Part shown: positions 58,385 to 64,000 of the stretch, piece after piece
Layout: each line of letters opens with the position of its first letter
How positions within the stretch are numbered: the stretch's first letter is position 1
Assembly: GCA_965222375.1 (NCBI GenBank)
Contig: CBDCTZ010000016.1
Span: forward strand, 3,200,001-3,264,000
Direction: 5' to 3'
Origin: Polyangiaceae bacterium
Lineage (GTDB): Bacteria > Myxococcota_A > Polyangia > Polyangiales > Polyangiaceae
DNA length: 64,000 nt
Program-made: the position numbers and the translations under genes
Notes under the pieces: generated by a model
What the model saw: the letters and a program-made list of their open reading frames with translations, nothing else
Told to the model about the DNA's origin: nothing
The model's database searches: none

Positions 58385-59895
58385 TGTCTCGGAGTCGAAC
58401 AGCGAACTTCGTACTCGGTGCCACGATAGTGTTGGCGGTCGTATCGATCTTTGCCGCACCAGGTTGCTCAAGCGGTGAAGTTGGCGGCAGCGATCCGAAC
58501 TGCGACGCCACCCTCGAGTCCATCCGTAGCAGCATCTTCGTCCAAAGCTGCGGCAGCCCGCTCTGCCATGGTGGCGATGACCCAGCCGGACAACTCAATC
58601 TAGTGGATGGGGACATCGACGTCCGACTCGCTGGGGTCAATGCCGGAACTTGTGACGGTTGGCAGCTCGTCGTGCCCGGCAAGCCCGAGGAGTCTCTGCT
58701 TTGGCTGAAGTTGTACTCGGACTCCCCGCCCTGCGGAGACCCAATGCCCCTTGGTACCTTCCTTCCCGCCACTCAGCTGGCCTGCGTGCGAGATTGGATC
58801 CTAAACCATCCACCCGTGCAAGGCTGTGAGACTTGCGGCGGTGCTGACTGCATCGACCTGCAGTCCGACCCCATCAATTGCGGCGGCTGTGGGGTGGCCT
58901 GCCCTGCAGGTTCCGCTTGCACGAACGGTAGTTGTCAGTGTGCCGGCACGCTCGATTTCTGCGGTGGTGGTTGTGTTGATACGCAGTCGTCGACGAGCCA
59001 CTGTGGCGCTTGCGACAACGGATGCGGGACAGGTGCCCTATGCAACGTCGGGCAGTGTGTGTGCGGTGCTGGTCTAGAGGCGTGCGCCGGAGCGTGTAGC
59101 GATACCAACGCCGATCCAGCAAACTGCGGCGGTTGCGGTACGAAGTGCGCCAGCACCGAAGTGTGTTTCCAAGGCAGCTGCGCATCTGGTTGTGGCGCCC
59201 TCACCCAGTGCGGTCAGAGCTGCGTGGACACCAACGCCAGCGCGTTTCACTGTGGCGCGTGCGACGCGGCTTGCGCCGCTGGGGCGTCGTGCGTGGGAGG
59301 CAAGTGTGCGTGTCCGGCAGGTACGGCTGATTGCGGCGGCACCTGCATCGATACGTTTTCGGATCCCTCCAACTGCGGAGCTTGTGGAAACGCTTGCCCC
59401 GCCGGTCAAGTCTGTAGCGCCGGCGCTTGTGAATGCCCCGGCGGTGGCACGTACTGCTCAGGCAAGTGCGTCGACACCGCGTCCGATCTGCTCAATTGTG
59501 GAGGGTGTGGCAAGGCTTGCGGCGGCGGGCAGAGCTGCAACCAAGGTGTGTGCACGTGCGGTAGTACGACGGCGACCTTTGCAAACGACGTGCAACCCAT
59601 CTTCAGCGCGAGTTGTGCGTCAAAGGGTTGTCATAGCGGAGTCAAGCCGGCGGCGAGCTTGCCACTGACCGAAGGTGCCTCCTACGCTGCTTTGGTTGGC
59701 GCGCAAACGAATCAGTGTGGCGGCGGCCGAGTACGCGTCGTTCCCGGCGACCCCGCTCGAAGCTACTTGATGCAAAAGCTGCTGGGCGTGGATCTATGCA
59801 CCGGCACCCAGATGCCCAAGGCGGGTCAGAGCATTCCTTCGGCGCAGATTGACGCCATCGGTGCGTGGATCTGCGCGGGTGCCGCGAACAACTGA
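58381..59895 (+). CDS. Cys-repeat (Stig1/MXAN_6577-like) lipoprotein with two cytochrome-c-like domains
   Basis: CGSPLCH and CASKGCH, each followed by VVPG.P..S.L..KL...MP...W; about 6 DxxNCGxCGxxC repeats. Confidence 0.85.
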   Translation: MMSRSRTANFVLGATIVLAVVSIFAAPGCSSGEVGGSDPNCDATLESIRSSIFVQSCGSPLCHGGDDPAGQLNLVDGDIDVRLAGVNAGTCDGWQLVVPGKPEESLLWLKLYSDSPPCGDPMPLGTFLPATQLACVRDWILNHPPVQGCETCGGADCIDLQSDPINCGGCGVACPAGSACTNGSCQCAGTLDFCGGGCVDTQSSTSHCGACDNGCGTGALCNVGQCVCGAGLEACAGACSDTNADPANCGGCGTKCASTEVCFQGSCASGCGALTQCGQSCVDTNASAFHCGACDAACAAGASCVGGKCACPAGTADCGGTCIDTFSDPSNCGACGNACPAGQVCSAGACECPGGGTYCSGKCVDTASDLLNCGGCGKACGGGQSCNQGVCTCGSTTATFANDVQPIFSASCASKGCHSGVKPAASLPLTEGASYAALVGAQTNQCGGGRVRVVPGDPARSYLMQKLLGVDLCTGTQMPKAGQSIPSAQIDAIGAWICAGAANN

Positions 59896-59960
59896 GGTCG
59901 TAGATCACAGTACCGCCACGGCGGCGGCTGACGCCTCGACTGTGTTGCCGCCCTGAGTCT

Positions 59961-60749
59961 CTACCAGGCGAATCGTTCCGGATCCGGAACATCGCCCCCA
60001 CGACGCACATGATCTGCGATCATCGCGCTGAGAAGATCCCGGGCCTTTTCACAACGCTTTGCGGCGGCGTCCTTGCTGCAGCGCTTCCGGCTCAAGTCGA
60101 GGCGGAACTTGATCTTGCGGTTCTTCTCGAGCACGTCGCGGGTTTCATCCTTGAGCTCGCGCCAGCGGATTTCGGCGGTTTTGGGGAATGTGGGCCGCCG
60201 AAGCGTCACCTCGTCTGCCATCACCGATGCACACGTCCCGTCCCAGCGGTACACGTCGTAGCTGCCCGAGCCACTCATCTGAACCGCGCCGCTTCCACCC
60301 GAACGGTGTTCCAGAACGACGAGTTCCTCACCGAACTGGAGCTTCTTGGGATGGGTCCGGCGCGCCTTGGCGTACCACGCCTTGGTGCTCACGCGCATGT
60401 ACGCGCGCGTCCACGGCATCTTCTTTCGAAACATCGCCAACGCGATGTTGGGCGAGGCCTTCTTGCACACGTTCTTCGCGAAGGCGGGAGGGGGAGTGCA
60501 TAGCTCCGCGTTCGCGTCGTTGCACTCCGTTGGGATCTCCCGGGCGACCTGCACGGGCTTGGCCGGCTCTTTCTTGGCAGCGCCCGTCGCCGCCGGCTCG
60601 ATTTTGGCCGCGGCAGTTGATGGATCCTCGTGGTTCGGAGCCCTCGGCGCAGAGGCTTCTTGCCCGCTGACTCCGCCGCAGGCGGCGAGTGCAGCAGCAA
60701 ACAGTGTGGCGGTGAGCGTTTTTGAGATTTGGAAACTCTTGACGTCCAT
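59961..60749 (-). CDS. Hypothetical lipoprotein
   Basis: LAAC lipobox; WTRAY; YDVYRWDGTC. Confidence 0.8.
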   Translation of the reverse strand: MDVKSFQISKTLTATLFAAALAACGGVSGQEASAPRAPNHEDPSTAAAKIEPAATGAAKKEPAKPVQVAREIPTECNDANAELCTPPPAFAKNVCKKASPNIALAMFRKKMPWTRAYMRVSTKAWYAKARRTHPKKLQFGEELVVLEHRSGGSGAVQMSGSGSYDVYRWDGTCASVMADEVTLRRPTFPKTAEIRWRELKDETRDVLEKNRKIKFRLDLSRKRCSKDAAAKRCEKARDLLSAMIADHVRRGGDVPDPERFAW

Positions 60750-61313
60750 GACCACTTCCCCGGTTGAATTCAACGCTTCGTTTGGCCGACTTCAGCATTC
60801 GCATCCGCTGGCCACATGGTTTCGGTTTCCCCAACGACGAGGGTCACCGAACCGGACTTTCCCAACCTCCGACTTTCGCCGACGTACTTGCTTCGGTCAA
60901 GGCATGCGGACCGAATAGAAGTCTGGCGGCTTGCGAGCCAAGGCAACACCTACATTGGATACGACCGACGCCACAGGTGCGAGGTTGACCCGGCGGCCCA
61001 ATGCGTGAGCACCGACGCTGGCAACGAAATCCGGCCGTTGGCTTTTTGTTTGTTTAGGGAATGTGGCGGATCGGTGCGTCATCGACGCCATCGCGGAGCG
61101 GCCCCTTCGCGCCCAGGGCCTCGATGTCCGAAACTGTTCCGCTGCGCCAGCGCGCTTCGGGACTCGGCGAGGTTAGGCAGTCGTTAGGCGTGATGCGCCC
61201 CGAGCGGATGGACTTCGGCCAGCTTGGGCGACGGGGCCCAGAGCGAAGCAGGGCGCCAATCAAAAGCCGCATTTCCGCCGCGACATGTGCGTCGCGGCAG
61301 GCTCAATGGGTCG

Positions 61314-62804
61314 ATGACGACCTCTCTGATTCAGCGTAACGCTGGAGCGCGCCGACGAAATCCGGCGTTTGTGCCTTCTTCGAGCCTGGGCATGGCCTTA
61401 GCCGGCTTCGCGTTGGTCGTTGGCTGCGGCGGCGGAAACGGTGGTTCGTCCTGTCCCGAGGGTGCAGATTGCGCCACTGGGGGCACCTCCGGATCCGGGG
61501 GGCAGAGCACCGGCGGTTGGGGTACCGGCAACTTCGGCGGATTCGGGGCAACCGGCGGGGCTGCAACCGGTGGTTCGGGCGCCATTGGCGCCGCCACCGG
61601 AAGTGGCGGCGCAGCCCCGAAGTGCGGCAACGGCGAGGTCGAGCCCGGGGAGACCTGCGACGGCAATTGCCCAGTGTCGTGCCCCGGGGCAACGGGTCCC
61701 TGCCAAGAGTGGAAGCTGATTGGCAATCCACTGACCTGCAACGTCGAATGCGGGCTGTTCGCCGTGCCGGGCTGCGGGGTCAACACCTGCCCGAAGAACG
61801 CGAAACCGAGCTCGCAGCTGGGCGCCAAGTTGTTCTCCGGCGAGTTCATGGACGAAAAGGACGTGCTGACCGGTAGCGGTAGCTGCAAGTTATTCGGCAA
61901 CGATGCGGCCTATTGGTGGCAAGCGCCGACAGCGGGCACCTTCGACTTCAGCATGTGTGCCCTCGGCTCCTTCTACTCCTTCGGCGACAAGGTCGACTGG
62001 GACTACTGTCGGGGCACGATCACGGTTCTAGAAGGGGCCAGCTGCTCTGGCGTACCTAAGGCGTTGGCATGCAAAGGTCACAAACCCGGCAACGGAAGTG
62101 TGCGACTCCAATTGAGTGCCGGTCAGCAGGTGCTCGTGGTGGCTTCGGGCTACGTGGATGTCGACAAGTCGGATGGTGTCTTCACGGCCAGCGCGCCCTA
62201 CACCGTATCCATTGAGCAATGCGTACCCAGTTGCGCTGGGAAGAGCTGCGGTGATGACGGCTGTGGCGGCAGCTGTGGTAGCTGCTTCGGCAAGGACAAG
62301 TGCAATTCCGCGGGCCAGTGCGTGTGCGTGCCGAGCTGCAGCGGCAAGAAATGTGGCGATGATGGTTGCGGTGGTAGCTGTGGCACCTGTGCGAGCAATG
62401 CGACCTGCAGCGCTTCCGGGCAGTGCGTGTGCACGCCCAACTGTAGTGGCAAGACCTGCGGTTCCAACGGATGCGGGGGCAGCTGCGGCAGTTGCGCCCT
62501 GGGTAAGTCCTGCTCCGCTGGCACTTGCGTCACGGATCCCAATGCTTGCGATCCCGTGCTGGACGCAGGTTGCGCCCCCACGGAAGGTTGCTGGCTCTTG
62601 AGCAACGAGGATACGGCTTGCTCAATCACCGGCTCGGGCACCCACGGGAGTAGTTGCAGCACGACGAGTAACTGCGCCGGCGGGCACGGCTGCTTTGCAG
62701 GCACGTGCCGCAAGCTGTGTCAGCGTTCCAATGGTGCGGGCTGTGTGGGCAGCCAAGTGTGCAACGGCGTTTCCGGGTGGACGACCTACGGCGCCTGCTA
62801 CTAG
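61314..62804 (+). CDS. Cys-rich lipoprotein with a PPC-like domain and 3x CxPxCxGKxCGxDGCGGSCG repeats
   Basis: VVGC lipobox; APTAGTFDFS..C; repeats visible; start uncertain. Confidence 0.8.
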   Translation: MTTSLIQRNAGARRRNPAFVPSSSLGMALAGFALVVGCGGGNGGSSCPEGADCATGGTSGSGGQSTGGWGTGNFGGFGATGGAATGGSGAIGAATGSGGAAPKCGNGEVEPGETCDGNCPVSCPGATGPCQEWKLIGNPLTCNVECGLFAVPGCGVNTCPKNAKPSSQLGAKLFSGEFMDEKDVLTGSGSCKLFGNDAAYWWQAPTAGTFDFSMCALGSFYSFGDKVDWDYCRGTITVLEGASCSGVPKALACKGHKPGNGSVRLQLSAGQQVLVVASGYVDVDKSDGVFTASAPYTVSIEQCVPSCAGKSCGDDGCGGSCGSCFGKDKCNSAGQCVCVPSCSGKKCGDDGCGGSCGTCASNATCSASGQCVCTPNCSGKTCGSNGCGGSCGSCALGKSCSAGTCVTDPNACDPVLDAGCAPTEGCWLLSNEDTACSITGSGTHGSSCSTTSNCAGGHGCFAGTCRKLCQRSNGAGCVGSQVCNGVSGWTTYGACY

Positions 62805-62867
62805 CCACTCGTTTCCCCGCCCAGTGGCGCGAAACACGGACCAATTTACGCGTCCGTTGGGAGTTGG

Positions 62868-63039
62868 TTGGTTTGGGGTCGCGGGGCTGTGTCAACCCAG
62901 GCCGCCACCCTCGAGCGAGGCCACGCGGCACGCCGCTCATGAGGACACCACAGCCTGCTGAATTACCGTAGAAGCCGCCCTCTTTGGCCCAATTCGAGAA
63001 TAGTGGCCCGGCGTGGGCCAGGGCTCGACCCCAAACCAA
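62868..63039. mobile_element. MITE-like element with perfect 14-bp terminal inverted repeats
   Basis: TTGGTTTGGGGTCG at 62868-62881 and CGACCCCAAACCAA at 63026-63039. Confidence 0.65.
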
Positions 63040-63165
63040 AAAAGTCCATGATCGGCTGCAAAGCCGGGGTGTGGCCCGTGTCAGCAGAGGTAGGAGCGTG
63101 GTGCATCTGCGACTCCGGCTGACTCGTTTTGCTGGGTTCTCCCGGCGAAGCGCAGGGAGACCTCC

Positions 63166-63888
63166 ATGTTTCGCAAGCTGCTTTTCATCTCCTTTCTGGC
63201 TCCGGCGGTGCTGGCCGCGGGTGGTTGCGCGGCGGAAACCGAAGAAGCTGCCGATCCTGGCGGGGCATGTCTGCCCAACGAGACCGTCGAGTGCGCTTGC
63301 CCCGGAGGCGGCAGTGGGGTCCAGGAATGCAGCGAAGACGGCAGCGGCTATGGTGCGTGCCAGGGATGCTCCGGTTCGGTGGGTGGGGGCTGCACAGCCG
63401 CGCCGGACTGCGGAGGCTGTACCTCGTGTTTCGATAGTTGCGCCTGCGAAGGCGGCGACGCGAACGCATGCCTGACTCAGTGCACCGCTGGAGGTAGTGG
63501 TGGTGCGCCTGGGGCAGGGGGTGGCGTGAGCACCGGCGGCAGCGGTGGCAGTGGTGGTTACGGCGGTGGCGGCAGTGGTGGATACGGTTCTACGTCCAGC
63601 ACCGGCGGCTACGGTGGTGGTTCATCCGGTGGCGGTGGCGGTGGAACGTCGACCGGGGGCTGCGAAGGTTGCCTCGCATCCGCGTGTGGGGCGCAGTACT
63701 CGAGCTGTTCCCAGACTTCGGGTTGTTTGCAACTAGTGAGCTGCGCGGCGCAAAGTGGCTGTTCCCTTTCGGACTACGGCTGCCTGCTATTTTCTTGCGG
63801 CGCATACATGGTGAACATCGGTGCCGTGACGCCTGCGATCGCTCTTGGTGGGTGCGCCGCGCAGTCCTGCGCCGTGCAGTGTTCGTGA
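63166..63888 (+). CDS. Gly/Cys-rich lipoprotein
   Basis: GGAG RBS; AGGC lipobox; CLPNETVECACPGG. Confidence 0.82.
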   Translation: MFRKLLFISFLAPAVLAAGGCAAETEEAADPGGACLPNETVECACPGGGSGVQECSEDGSGYGACQGCSGSVGGGCTAAPDCGGCTSCFDSCACEGGDANACLTQCTAGGSGGAPGAGGGVSTGGSGGSGGYGGGGSGGYGSTSSTGGYGGGSSGGGGGGTSTGGCEGCLASACGAQYSSCSQTSGCLQLVSCAAQSGCSLSDYGCLLFSCGAYMVNIGAVTPAIALGGCAAQSCAVQCS

Positions 63889-63895
63889 GGGAGCC

Positions 63896-64000
63896 ATGCG
63901 CCGTATCTTCGTAGCCCTGTCGTTCTTGTCCGTCGCTGCTTGCTCATCGGTACCCGAGGGTTCCGGCGAGGGTCGGTCGTGCGTGCCTGGTCTTCAGGTT
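63896..64000 (+). CDS. Lipoprotein, partial (runs off the window)
   Basis: GAGGGAG RBS; MRRIFVALSFLSVAAC...CVPGLQV. Confidence 0.7.
   Translation, partial: MRRIFVALSFLSVAACSSVPEGSGEGRSCVPGLQV

Noticed and set aside
60816..61187. Possible small ORF or gene fragment
   Set aside because: Weak start and no motif; cannot be supported.

Overview
GC-rich, gene-dense window. The many Gly/Cys-rich lipoproteins, the MYXO-CTERM protease, the TonB-fused receptor and the kinase-linked ECF sigma point to a myxobacterium (Polyangiales-like); this is an inference. About 55 CDSs were found, and no rRNA, tRNA or CRISPR array. Five features stand out. (1) A 3.6-kb cassette lies between two 264-bp direct repeats made of the 3' ends of the two flanking convergent genes. 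It carries a lipoprotein subtilase whose 5' end holds a perfect (AAACAACC)x8 tract, a candidate phase-variation switch, plus two paralogous Cys-rich lipoproteins. (2) A coupled gene pair encodes a small putative nuclease toxin and a large ImmA/IrrE metallopeptidase, a candidate toxin-antitoxin or defence system. (3) An intergenic array of about 8 copies of the palindrome GTTAGTCGATCGACTAAC lies at 14.6-15.0 kb. (4) Two related MITE-like elements carry GGTTTGGGGTCG termini. (5) A decayed accessory region at about 36-45 kb contains IS3 and IS66 remnants, pseudogenes and putative glycan-active genes. Functional calls are from motifs read by eye; no searches were run, and several start codons are estimates.
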